Positions 12,001 through 24,926 of a stretch of 64,000 bases of DNA are shown here, piece after piece. The stretch lies in contig OZ059896.1 in the NCBI GenBank assembly GCA_964057225.1, forward strand, positions 10,416,001 to 10,480,000, written 5' to 3'. This stretch comes from Auanema rhodensis. Lineage: Eukaryota; Animalia; Nematoda. Position 1 is the first letter of the stretch, and every line of letters starts with the position of its first letter. The translations under genes and the position numbers were made by a program. The notes under the pieces are model-generated. The model saw nothing but the letters and a program-made list of their open reading frames with translations. It ran no database searches and was not told the DNA's origin.

Positions 12001-13504
12001 TCGCCTTTATGCCGTTGTTGCACCTCTAACAAAATTCTTTGATACTTTGACAAATATCTACATTCGTCTCAACAGGAAGAGAATAAAGGTAATTGAAATG
12101 GATATTTTCTATATTCACGAATAGTTTTAAGGGAGATGAAGGAAGAGAAGATCAAGTTCGTGCTTTAAATGCTTTAGGAAAGGTTATTATACTGATTACT
12201 CGTCTTATGTCTCCATTCACTCCTTTCTTCTGTGATTACATATGGCAAAATATTCACAAGGTTTATTTCTTATTTTTGCGACACATTTTATGACCCCTAC
12301 TGCTCTCTAGATTACTGGACATTCTGAAGAATCCGTACATTTCACACTTCTGCCTACTCCCGATGACAGTCTGATTGATGTCACCATTGAGAGACGTGTT
12401 GAAGCCATGCGCTCGGTTATTGAGCTTGTCCGTATATGCAGAGAAAGAAAGGGTATACCAGTAAAGGTGAATTCAATTGTATCATCCAATCACAATTATT
12501 TTCTTTTTAGTATCCTCTCAAAGAAATGATTGTTATCAACAGAGACGAACAATATTTGAATGATCTTGTAAGCTTGCAAGACTACATTCTTTCTGAGGTT
12601 AATGTTCGTAAATTGACCGTGTCTCAAGATAAAGCTAAATATGGAATTAAGCTGAAGGTTTTTTTTAAACTTATAATGTTGGTGTATTAAATGTCCTTTA
12701 AGGCTGAACCTAACTTCCGTATGTTGGGAACTCGATTGAAGGGTGATCAAAAGAAGGTAGCTGAATATCTTAAAGGAGATAAGAAGAATCCCCCCAAAAT
12801 CACTGAAGAGGAATTAGAGAAATTCCTTTCCGAAGGTTTGTAGAACTTCAGAATTTCTATTTATAACTGATATTATTGTTTTTAAGGAACTTTGAACGTT
12901 TTGGGTTATGATTTATCATTAGAAGAAGTTGCTGTCTCTTATGCTAACGATGAAAAGGGAGCCGGAATCGAAGGGTTTGAAACAGTATCTGACAGCAAGG
13001 TATTAAAAGAATTTGAGAAAATTTGTATTTTTTCTTAATTGTAGACAATTGTTATGATCGATACCACTGAAGATGATTCATTGAAAGAGGAAGGACTAGC
13101 TCGTGAAATCACAAACAGAATCCAGAAACTTCGTAAAACAGTAATATCTGACTTTATCTTCGGATATAATTTTTCAATATCAGGCAAAACTCGTATCTAC
13201 TGACGCAGCGACTGTATTTATTCAAATTCTGCCAGCTGATTCTCTGCTTGCCAAAGTTGTTACTGCTCACCAGAAAAATATTGAAAATGTCACTGGTATT
13301 CTGCTTACATAGTTCACGCTGTAGTTCATGCTTTTTTCTTTATAGGCACACCCGTAGTGATAAGCAGCGCTCCTTCTGATAAAAAAGCTACTGCTGAGAA
13401 TGTGAGCAAAGTAAAAGATGACGAAGTTTCGGTTAGTTCCATATTAGAGTTCTGAGATATATATTTTATATTTACAGTTGTGGCTCTACACCGAGAAGCA
13501 GTAA
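9040..13504 (+). CDS. iars-1: Cytoplasmic isoleucyl-tRNA synthetase (about 27 short introns)
   Basis: [13 protein letters not shown]; [14 protein letters not shown] (HIGH motif); GWDTHGLP; [13 protein letters not shown]; [11 protein letters not shown]; KMSKR; ends LWLYTEKQ with TAA at 13502-13504. Confidence 0.98.
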
Positions 13505-14470
13505 ATTAATTTTGAATTTCATTACGGCTTTTTGTTTGTTTTTTGCTGTTTGAAATAAAGTTTTTAATTTAGTGCGCTTTCTTGTGTTTATAGTAGAATA
13601 ATTAAACTATTCCGTTCAAATTTTACTAGTTTGTTCGTTTATTACAAGAACAATAGAAGACTAGTACGTCTAAGTGATATTGTTTTTTATGATAAACATG
13701 ATGAATCTTCCGAAATCAGTAACTGAAAAGAATATAGTACTAAAACTGTCGTAAGTGAACAAAGGTTACGAAACAAGATAACACCTTTATGAAGTGTGAT
13801 CTCGTATAAAATTGTTTCCTGCTTGTCTCTTCTCCTGTAATAGAACATCTTATATATTTCCTCTTGTGACATCAATGACGTATAACTTATATCCTGTAAG
13901 ACATGTTCAGTATTGGAGTTAAGTTTTGAAATTCATGTATTATTCTATGAGATCGTTTTTGATAAGGAATTGATGTTATGTATTAGTAGAGAAGTACGGA
14001 ATGAACTAGTCTAAGGACGTACTAAACCTACTGAAGCTTATCAAAAAGCAAGAAACACACCTCCACATAAGTCAGTCACGGTTAGTTATTTACATTCGGA
14101 CGTGAGGAATGAACTTCTGTATTTATTAAGTTTATTATATCTCTTATTATAATGCTGGTTCTTTTAGTTCCAGACCCACATCTCTATACCATATTCTTAA
14201 TTTTTAGATAATTTTATAGTTTTCTCAGAATAATCAAGATTAGTAGTATATTAGATACCTAAATTAATTTGGATGACCGTTAGAAAACAAATAGAATAAC
14301 TGTTAAGTGACGGCAAAACATGTCTTTCTTTTATCTAATATAGTTCCATTCTTCTCATAAACACATTGTTCATTCTAAGTCATATCGCTTGATTCGATCA
14401 AGAAATATATGCAATACATTACTTTTCAAAACATCAGTTCATTCTCCTAAGCATTTTTTTTATTTCAGAA

Positions 14471-16402
14471 ATGAAAACAGAAGAAACTTCTACTTCTTTT
14501 ACCTTCGTGCTATATCTTATTGTGTCTCCATTGGTTATTTCACCATTTTTAAACTCATTGTTGATACCAAACATTAACGAGGATACTGTATATGGTACTG
14601 TAAAGCCAAAATTTAACAATGTTTATGAAACATTCAGGTATTCGATTTTAACAATTATATTTAACTTTTAATATTTTCAGACGTAACTTCGGCGAAGGAC
14701 TTGAACGTGAAGGTGCTGCTATTTCGGTATATCACCGAGGAGAACTGGTTGTTAATCTATGGGGAGGGTATGCAGACAAAGAATCCAATCGTAAATGGAA
14801 AGCTGATACTCGTACTGTACTATTCTCAGCAACAAAGGTAAATTATAAAAAAAATTAAGAAAATAAAATCTAATTATAAACAAAAATCGAGAAATATTTG
14901 CTTCTATTTCGATCTTTAATGTATGTTATCAAAAAGATTAGCTACTTTTTTTTCTATTATATCGAAAATGATAACGGAAATAAAGATAAAGTTCAAACTG
15001 TTCCAGGCAATATCAGCATTATGTGTAGCCATTCTAGTGGATAGAGGATATTTAACATATGATGATAAAGTCACCGACTATTGGCCAGAATACGGTAAAC
15101 ATGGAAAAGAAAATACTACCATTGAACATGTGCTCAGTCATATGGTATGTGATTTCAATTTTATATTTTTCTTGCTCTAAACAAGATCACCATTTTCCAT
15201 GTTATGTTTTTAAATTGTTTATTTGAGGCTGGAGTTCCATACCTAGATGAACTTATTGAACCAGAAGATGTACTCAATTTTACTAGAATGTTTAGAAAAA
15301 TAGAAGATACCAAGCCTATATGGGTACCTGGTATGTATTCGTCAGTATATAATGAAATCTAGTTATATGATTCAGGCACAAAAACAGGCTATCATCCAGT
15401 AACGTTTGGATTAATTATTGACGCTATTATTCGTCGTGCTGATCCAAAAGGAAGAGATCTTTCGACGTTTTTTAAAGAAGAAGTTGGAAACAAATATGGT
15501 ACCTTGAAAGTAAAGTTCGCTAAACAACAAAAACGTTAATTATAGATTTACCAATTGATATCGGAATTGAGAAACACGAGGCTCCTTTTATTGCACGAAT
15601 TACTACACCAGGTATCTGGGAGTACATCAGAGATTGTATTCGAGATCCAAAAATCGTTGTTATGCTTGGAATAATCTATGCCCGATTGGACGAGATTGTC
15701 TTGAAAATTAGAGAAAATCCATCTTGGTTAGCTATAGATTGGGTAAGACCATGCTTACTCTCATTCCAAATTAATTGAAAAATTCTTAAAATTTTAATTA
15801 AATTGAATCTGAAGAAATTCATTTTAAACTTTGATTTTTGATTAATATCTTAACTTCAAAATGCGCAGCTACATGTGTTATGACTTGTTTTTAGGATACA
15901 ATTACCTTGAACGATCCTGATGTTCTCTCATTACCATTGGGTGCTGTTACTGGTGTTTCTGGAGCTGAACCACTTGCTCGACTATTTGCGATGTCTATTA
16001 ACGGACAAATAATTTCTAATAGAACATTAGATTTACTTATGCAGCCAACAATAAGTGATTGGCATAAAGAAGAGGTTTAATTGAACTATAATATATTTTG
16101 ATAATTCTCTGAGTTTCAGGTGACGTTGTGGCCTGTAATGAAAGGACGAGGATTCTTCTATGAGCGTAATCCTTTAGTGCCTGTTAGTTTAAAAATAACA
16201 TTATACCCATGATATGAAATTTTGTTTTAAGGGAGCATTTACATTTGGACATCCTGGATTCGGAGGACAGTTTGTTCACGTAGATCCATCTAATGACATA
16301 GTCATTGCATATGTAGCCAATGGCTTAAAAACAGCTTCAGGAGAATTATGTACACCATATATGCGTTTAATGAGCCAAGTTTACAAAGCAATTTCTGAAT
16401 AA
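14471..16402 (+). CDS. Beta-lactamase/PBP-fold serine hydrolase (nematode lact family) with N-terminal hydrophobic anchor
   Basis: [23 protein letters not shown], catalytic SxxK (FSATK), [34 protein letters not shown]; stop at 16400-16402. Confidence 0.93.
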
Positions 16403-17636
16403 TTTTTTTGAAAATTTGATTATGTCAAATCAAATATTTTCTTTTCTTTTAATAATACTACGGGTAATTATTGTATAATACATATGATATCAATAATTTC
16501 ATGTTCATGTCTTTGTTTATCAATTGAAAATGCAAAATAAAAATATAAATATACATAAACACCTGTACTTATGATTTCTATTTAAACATATTTTATAGTA
16601 AGTTTTGTAAATATTTAAACGACATTCAACTCACGATAAGAAGTTAATAAATTAAGCTGAGATGATTTAGTAAACGTGTTACAGTTCTGTTTTATGTTTA
16701 ATTCAGGGATAGGTTTAGTTGGATTCTGATAGTAGTTACTACCCATATGATTATAGAGCATAGAGAATGTGATTTATACAAATAGTTTATAAAGCTTTTG
16801 GATTATAATATTATATTTTATATAATTTCTTTTATTCCGCTAAACTTACATCATTTTCATCTTAATAGGATATGAATGATGAGAAAGCATTCAACAACAA
16901 TATTTAAAAAAATATTGTTTTCATTGATTTTTTCAATTTCATTTTCATTTTACATATTATATTCAATGTTATTTTCTTAAATAAGAAATATTATCGATAT
17001 ATGTTGTTATCATTTCAAAAAATTATCAACAGAGAGAACGATTTCATGCTTAGAAATTCAAAATTTAATAAATTATTTCTTTTTGTTGCAAATAGTTGTT
17101 TTTCAAGTTATAGTATAAATTAAAGTTTTCGTGATGATGAATCAGAGTTGTCTGCAATTTAGAAGATAGGAGAGTCAAGTTCTTTACAAGTAAATATTCT
17201 TTCTAATTATTTTTTTGTTTTGTTTTCGTTATGCGGGTGACCTCTATATACTCAATATATTACATCATCAGAAGCCTCGTTTCCAACGACAACGGCTGTT
17301 GTGATGCTGAAAATCGAAATTTCATATGTGTAGTGAGAAAGAAATGTATAGACAAATGTGGCTCACTTGCAAACTCAATTGAAATAACTATGCTTCACAA
17401 AACAAAATGTAAAACTGTTTGTTGAGCTGTTGAGCGTATACATTATTCTGAATCGGTAATACAATCACATATTGGTCTTCTTTAACTTATATTGTTTATA
17501 TTAAAGTTTAAAGTTAACCATATAATATGTACATATTTGTTATTTCATGTTAAAACTTTATATTCAAAAATCAGAAAATAATATTTATTTCCTGAAAAAA
17601 ACTTCACAGACAATTTTGTTTTAACATTTCCATTTA

Positions 17637-17845
17637 TTATTCTTCTCCAGTTGGTGCTGGACCAACAACTGTATCGTCATAATCCAAATCTGGACGACCA
17701 GGATGTTTTTTCTCTATTGGCTAAAAATGGATATTAAACAGATTAGATGAAAATTAATAAAGCTTACAATTTCTTCAGGTGGTACACTGTCAATGTTGAA
17801 GTTGGAATAATCAGGAGTTTCTTGAGATTCTGGAGCATCAGCCAT
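17637..17845 (-). CDS. 53-aa acidic, Pro-rich microprotein (2 exons), probable ciliary gene
   Basis: Acceptor tttcag just upstream of the ATG. Exon 1 17845-17768, 47-nt gtaagc...ttttag intron, exon 2 17720-17637. Product MADAPESQETPDYSNFNIDSVPPEEIPIEKKHPGRPDLDYDDTVVGPAPTGEE, followed by a double stop. The region is a GC-richer island in very AT-rich flanks. Confidence 0.82.
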
Positions 17846-17972
17846 ATTAAAACTGAAATGAGATGAAAACGTAAGAAAACGTTTGTGGTGCAAGGTGAAA
17901 GGATTGAAATTAAAAAAAATTGAAAATAAGTCTATGGCAAAGTCTTTTTATACGTTCAAGGATAATTGAAAT

Positions 17973-18015
17973 ATCTCCATGACAACTTTTGTATTGTAAA
18001 TGTTTCCATAGTAAC
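17973..18015. promoter_or_regulatory. Two X-boxes (RFX/DAF-19 sites)
   Basis: ATCTCCATGACAAC (17973-17986) and GTTTCCATAGTAAC (18002-18015) fit the 14-bp RTHNYY-WT-RRNRAC consensus, 130-170 bp upstream of the ATG at 17845. Confidence 0.8.
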
Positions 18016-18487
18016 ATGATGAAAATTTTGATGAAGTTATGAGTATAACATCTGATTTTTATCTATAATCATTAGTTATAATAGATTTAAATGAATAAGT
18101 TGAGAAATAAAACTATAAATTTCATTCTAATAATTATTTTATTTTTTTTAGTTCATGTGATTTATATACACATGTATATGATTATGAGCATATTATACTT
18201 AAATAATAAAATTATAGATTATAATTATAATTTTATGAATAATACTTAAACAATAGATACAATACATGAAGATTAGTAACATATATACATTAATAGAAAT
18301 ATAAATCTTTGGACCTTTTTTTTTAAATTTATTAAACAATAATTATATACAAATTAATGATTTTTGACTTTTTCATACCCATCATCATTTAAGATCTAAT
18401 ATCAGTATGATCATTGAATATTTTAAAATAACTTTATATATATATATATTTAAAATAATTTAAAAAATAAATCTTATATTAATATTT

Positions 18488-20160
18488 CTACCATTTTGAA
18501 TATATAATATTATTATAATTCTCAACTCCTTTTTCTCCTTTTGATGTTAATCCAATTAGATTTGCACAATGAACTTGACTTTTTCGCCTTCTTCGTGTAA
18601 GCATATATATAGTTAAAAAGGGCAAAACAAAAAAAAATACTGGTAAAATCTGAAAGAAATCAAAGAAAAAAAAGTTTTGTTTTCATTAAAAAAATTATAA
18701 TAAAACTTACAAAAACACTAGATTTAAGTGTATGATACAATGGAACATTAGTTTTAAACATATTTTGCATTAATCGTAATGTTAAAGTTGAAACAGCAAA
18801 AATAGTTATAATAGAAATCTTAAAAATAATATTAAAAGGTAATTTATATATTATTATAATATTACTTGAAGTAACATAATAACTGTTATGAAACGTGTCG
18901 TATCTAAATTTTCTTTAATTTGAAAATGCCTGGAAAGTTGAAATCGAGAGCTGTATAAATGAAAAAATTAATGAAAGTAAAAAGAATTTATGTTTTACCA
19001 GCTTTTTCTTCTTCTATTAATAACTGCAATATATTGTAGAGATAGTAAACAAAGTATTGCACATATAGTTAATATAAGAAAAGATAAATTTATTCTAATA
19101 ATAATAAAAATGAAATATATATGAGAAAAATAACTAAAAAACCGATTAGTTGAAGCTCTAGGTGTTGTTATAACAGAGATTTGTGGTTCTTCAAATGTTT
19201 CATCCCAATAACATAATGTAATTAAAGGAGCAGGTATCACAACCTAAATATATTATAATATTTTTTATTTATTATATAACTATATATGGTTATATATACT
19301 GTACTGTGCAATAAACTTCGGACACCTACTAGATACTCTTGTATCTTTTCAGACAAACTACAAAAATAAAAAAATAAAAAGGTTTTTTTGGTTTGAGCAG
19401 GAGTTTCTGATGCCTCTAAGAGGCGAGTGTCCGACGTTCATTGAACTAAACTAACTGTATGTAGTATATAATATATAAATTGAATTTTTGAACTTCATCC
19501 TTACAGATAAAAATGTTAAAAGAAATCCTATTTTTGAATTTCTTTGTTCATATGTTTGTGAATGAATTGTAGCAATTGTTCGTTCGACACAAGCAGCCAT
19601 TTGTAATGAAAACTGAGAAACAAAAAATAATAAAAATAAAAGAAACAAATAGAAAATAAACCTGAACAAGTAAAGCATAAATGTTTAAAATATGTCCAAT
19701 AATATAAAGATTTCTACTTAAAAATATATCACAAACATGTATCATATCACTTACAAGTATATTTTGATATGCCTAAATAATAATAATATTTTATAAAAAT
19801 TAAAAAAACTAATTTATATACTAAAAATATAGTTAATATAAGTGCATGAAATGTAGCATTAGAAAAATATGCAATTAATATAATCTAAAATAATAATATA
19901 ATTTTATTTATTTATATATTAATTATATAAAATACTTTTATATTACAATGAAATGTTGTTGGATAAATAAATTGATGTTGAACATATATTAATGGTATTA
20001 TAGATAATAAACTTAAAATACATCCCAATAATTTCAAATGTATATTAAGAGGAAATGAAACTATTTGATAACCGTTCTTAAATTATAATTATTTTTGTGT
20101 TTTTTTTCTAAAAGAAAACAAATTTACTTGAAAACAAAACTCATCCGTTAATGTTTCCAT
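18488..20160 (-). CDS. Serpentine chemoreceptor GPCR, Sra superfamily (Srb-like)
   Basis: METLTDEFCFQ, TTFHCN, ACVERTIATIHSQTYEQ, FQLSRHFQIKENLDTTRF; multiple TM exons; ends YNNIIYSKW with TAG at 18488-18490. Confidence 0.85.
19297..19459. mobile_element. Degenerate MITE-like element (Tc1/mariner-type ends) in a chemoreceptor intron
   Basis: Inverted repeats caataaacttcggacac (19309-19325) and gtgtccgacgttcattg (19427-19443) match at 15/17. The right end actgta fits a TA-CAGT terminus. The intron is about 250 nt versus about 45 nt typically. Confidence 0.55.
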
Positions 20161-21675
20161 TCTTCTTTTTATTCATGCAAATTTGACCTGAAAAAAGTGA
20201 AATTATTTGAAAAAAAAGGAGAAAACGATATTATAATAGCAGATTATAATCAATTTTTCTAAAAATTCTATTTAATAATTTATTCATTTTAATCTAAAAA
20301 AAATATAAATATATTCATACATCTGTATTGTCTATGTATTTTAAAATTAGGTATGTATATATCAAACTTTTGCATATGTAACTATCTATCTCCCCCCTCC
20401 CTTCACACCCCATTACCACCACCTCCATCACCACCATCACCACCCTTGTGATTATAATTTCATATTACTGAAATCATGAATATATTTTTTTTCTTACAAA
20501 TTGTAACAAAAAGATTATGGAAAGTAAAAAGTTTCATTAATATCAACAAGTCTTGCATTAGATAATCATTCTTTGTATTATAAATATATATATATTATAT
20601 ATTACATACTGTTACATCATCATTTTAATAATAAAATAAAAGAATTACATCATATTATTTCAATAAATATTATTATTTTAATATTTACTTTGTTTTTGTT
20701 TTTTTTTTTGAAAAATTGAACAATATCAAAAGAATTTTTTATAAAAAGGAAATTTTCAAAACTTAATAAAGTCAAATAGGAAAAAAAGAAAATAATACAT
20801 TAGATGGCTTTAAATTCTATTAAATTTTATTTTCTTAATTATGAGATTCATATTCTTTTATTTATTAGATTTCAATCATTTTTATTATAAACCAAGCGAT
20901 TTGTATTCAATGTTTTTTCATCCACTGTACTGTTTTAGCTTCCAAGTGAAAATATATTTCAAATAAGATTTTCTTATGGGAAAGATCAAATTTTCAATTC
21001 GTCTTGCTTTTACGCCCTACATCTATTCATTCAGGGTCATTCTCGTCTCCAAAATTCGGACATAATGGCTTCCAAAATAGGTTTAAGCTGGGTTGCCGTC
21101 ATCACCTTATTTGCGTAGTTCTGTACATGGATAAATGACGAATTTGGGAAGTTCGAAGGATTTGAAATATTTCCTGAATTCTTGTGAAAAATATGCTTAA
21201 TCAAAGGCACTTTCGTCTATGAGGTGGAAGAAATGAGTCATTGACTAGTACCACGATGACAACTACAACTACAACTACTACTACTACGACGTGAACTAAT
21301 ACTTTTTTAGTTGTTAGATATGAACATACAATGAGCATTTTGTTCTTTTTTTTTGAGAAATAAATAAAAGTAGTTGTATCTTTATCATTTGGGTTATTAG
21401 AATTATGAAGTCAACGCAACGGAATAACACAAGCCTAAGCTTATTCATATATTCGTCACATAGCATGACAGAAAGTGTTCTATATGAAACGACACATTTA
21501 CTCATTTGGCTTCTGTTTAATTAAAGTGCCTCACACAAACGAAATTACGAAAGAAAAGACATATGATGATAGATATATAATTATATATACAAATTTAAAG
21601 AGAGATCAGAGAAATTAGAGTAAGGGTCAATGTATAGGATAGTTGAATGTCCCCTTGTTTCTCAAAGACTCCGTC

Positions 21676-21676
21676 A

Positions 21677-21707
<31 letters not shown>

Positions 21708-21830
21708 TTCTATTTCTCTCAATTCTCTTTCAATCTGTCTTTCTCTCTAGCTATTCTTTTGGAAACAGAAATGATCTGGATGATGATGATGATGATGATT
21801 GTGATGAGAGAAAGAAGAATGATGATGAAA
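21676..21830. repeat. (CT)n and (GAT)n microsatellites
   Basis: Directly visible tracts; they account for the spurious ORFs at 21630-21922. Confidence 0.85.
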
Positions 21831-23749
21831 CCTATAATGGATCTGAAACGATAGGAAAAGAATAAGAGAACAGACTCAACGAACCCCAATGAGCATATCC
21901 ATTCCTTATAAGCTTGATCCAATTAGTTCAAGAAGCTATGTGCCTTATAAGACAAACAATCTAAGATTGAATGAGATGTCTTTAGCATCTCCTTGGGTTT
22001 GTCATCACTTTTCTTCAATATTCAATAGCGTTAATTAAACTTCAAACATATCTCTATTTTATTTTTTTTTCAAATCATTTTCAAGATACATAGTACTAGT
22101 ATATCATCAAACATTTTCAACATTCAATATATTAGTTCAAAATTGAAGAAAAAAATGAATTCAAGAAGATATTGAACTAAAATTGTCATTTAAAGGCTGG
22201 AAGCTCAGAAACGTTGAAAAAGGATGAAATGTCAACACATGATCGTCGTTTGTCATCTTTTCTTGCCTCAAGGGAAATGGCAAGAAACAGACTAAAAATG
22301 GTCTGCATAAGAAGAGGAAACGACATCAAGATGGGTTTAAGATGGTGGTAGCTGATTATGTTGAAAAGTTTCAGTTTTTTAAAAGAATTGTTTGATTCAA
22401 AAATTAAAGATATAATAACACAAAATAATAAATATTATAAATAAAAACATGAAATCATATATGAAAGGAGAAAAAATTGAAACATTTGATATAGAAAATG
22501 AAAAATCAAATGAAAATTTGGAATAAATTTTTATAATTACCATACATATATAAATATATAAATATTAATATGTATAATTCTAAGTAAAATTATAATAATT
22601 CTTTATATTATATGAATAATTGATCATAATTCATTAACAATTATTAAAATTACGTAATTAATCTATAAAGATTAATCAGTACAAACTAGGAAATTAATGA
22701 AAACAAATATTTATGAAAAATATGTTTTGTTATAAATTTAATAAAACATATGTTTATATTTTTAATTTTTATACTTCAATAGATTAATTATAATTCAAAA
22801 AAAAATATAATAACCTTTATATAAAAATAAAAATATTTATAATATTTGTTTTATATTAATTAGTATTTATTATATTTTAACTATATATAGATATTAAAGG
22901 TTTCTTGAATTTAAAAAAAGAATTGATGAGTACAGAACAATAATCAAACTACAAGTTTCTTCAAATATGTGGAACAGATTTCTTCAAGTTTTTTTAAAAT
23001 TTTACCTCTTTCTCTTTCTCTTTTAGTCTTAGATAGTATATTAGTCCATACTTGTGTTTATATAATGATATATCTATATACGAAATATAAATGTCTTCTA
23101 TTTGAAATTCCCGACTGATTACGTAAAATATTTGTTTCTTTTAATGTTTTTATTCTTTTTCTTTAGATGTCATTCAACATCTTCTTTTTCTCCTTATGAT
23201 TATAAGGAAGAAATTGTTAGCTCTACATACGTAGATGGCAATTCTCCTGTTGACCACCTGCTCTTCCTTTATCCGGCTATTTTGGGTTATTCTTCTTATT
23301 TCTCTCATCCTTATTTCATGCCATCAACTCATCTCTGACACACATATGTAACAGTAACTATAAGGATTGTACATCAACAGTTTGCCGTCGAATCTACCAA
23401 CAGCCTCATCGAAATGACCAGACGGTCAACAGCACTCTTTTCATTCTTAACGTTCATGGCGATTGTCGGACCGCCCCCCTCTCCTCTACACATGCCCATC
23501 GTGGTCCGGCAGCCGGCCAAATACTGCTTAGTCCCACCCCCTTTTTCCTTTTCACCATCCACCAGCCTTCTGCTTTGTACTGACAGAGAATCCTGACCTC
23601 TACGGATCTCATAGCTGACTAGTTTAGCTGTCTAGCCTATCTTTTAACTCTTTTCATTCAAAAAAAGGTTATAATTACTATATTCGCTGTCTATTTAACC
23701 ACAATATTTTAACTAATTTTAACTATATTATGCTAGATATTCTTAAGTA

Positions 23750-24894
23750 ATGAAACTTATATTTCATATTTTATTTTGTTGTTACTTAACAAATTCATTT
23801 GTATTTGCTGGTACTCCATATTTTGTATCTGGTATTCAAACTATATGTTCGGATCATTGTCCCATACCCCATCCGTATGATATCATATGGATACCAGCCT
23901 CACGTCCACCATGTCTACATCCGGGTCAGCCAATTTTTGATTGGCCAGCTGGTAACTGTACCAGATCAGCTCAACTGATAGACATACATTCTGATCAAAT
24001 TTCGATAGATTCTGAAGGAACTGTTTATGCAAAAGAACGTTTATGTTTTTACTATACATATGAGATTATTAACTATACATATAGTTGCTCAAGCAATTCT
24101 AATGTACGTAAAACATCTTCAATGCGTTTGGGTCACACAGTTTTCACAAAACAACAACGCAGAGTCAAACGATGGCTACGACGTCGTAATCCAAATTCTG
24201 CAAGCATTCATTTTCAACAAGAACGGTTAGTTCATTGAATATGTTTATATATTTAAATTTTATTTTAGTTATGTGAAAGAACTACCTGAAGATATTGAAG
24301 TTAATTCACTTATATTATCAGTTCGAGCTACTCATGCTACTAATGAACCAATTTACTATTCAATGGTTGCTCCACAAGATTCACGTTCACAAAATATTTT
24401 TACGCTTGATACGGTTTTGAGATCTCAGAAAACTTATTAAACTTATTTTTCATTATTTCTAGGTAACGGGTGATATTCGACTAGCTAAATCATTAGATCG
24501 TGAAATTCTGGATAAGCATGTTCTGAAAGTAACAGCTTATGAACGAATTGATTCTACTATATCAAGCAGTACAACTGTTATCATTGATGTTTTGGATGTG
24601 CAGGATAATTCTCCTGTATTTGAACGTGATAGCTATTTTGCTGACATTCGAGAAGATGCACCGGTAAGTTCCCTTTATCTTTTTTATTTTAAATTATTGA
24701 CCTCGACTTCCATATTTGACTCATCGAACCATAAAGAATTAGACTAGTGGCTCGTTGTTTTTCAATATTATTTTTTGGTCAATAATACTTTTCTTGACTA
24801 TTATGGCGATTTCGATGCATTTCTAATTGTTCTCCTTTACCCATTCTTTATCTCACAGTCTCTTTCTATCTATCTATCTCTCTATATCTATCTA

Positions 24895-24926
<32 letters not shown>

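Noticed and set aside
14471-16402. Beta-lactamase-like gene as recent horizontal transfer or contamination
   Set aside because: It has many host-type introns and host-like composition, and the lact family is an established nematode family.
17231-17460. GC-richer patch with a 64-aa plus-strand ORF and a minus-strand gtgagc...ttttcag intron-like segment
   Set aside because: I could not assemble a coherent start-to-stop gene in any frame; it might be UTR or non-coding transcript.
21000-21200. Exon-like GC-richer block upstream of fmi-1
   Set aside because: Only short frames of under 50 aa, with no partner exons or recognisable motif.
21630-21922. ORFs with poly-M, poly-D or poly-I runs
   Set aside because: Artefacts of (CT)n and (GAT)n microsatellites; no splice structure.
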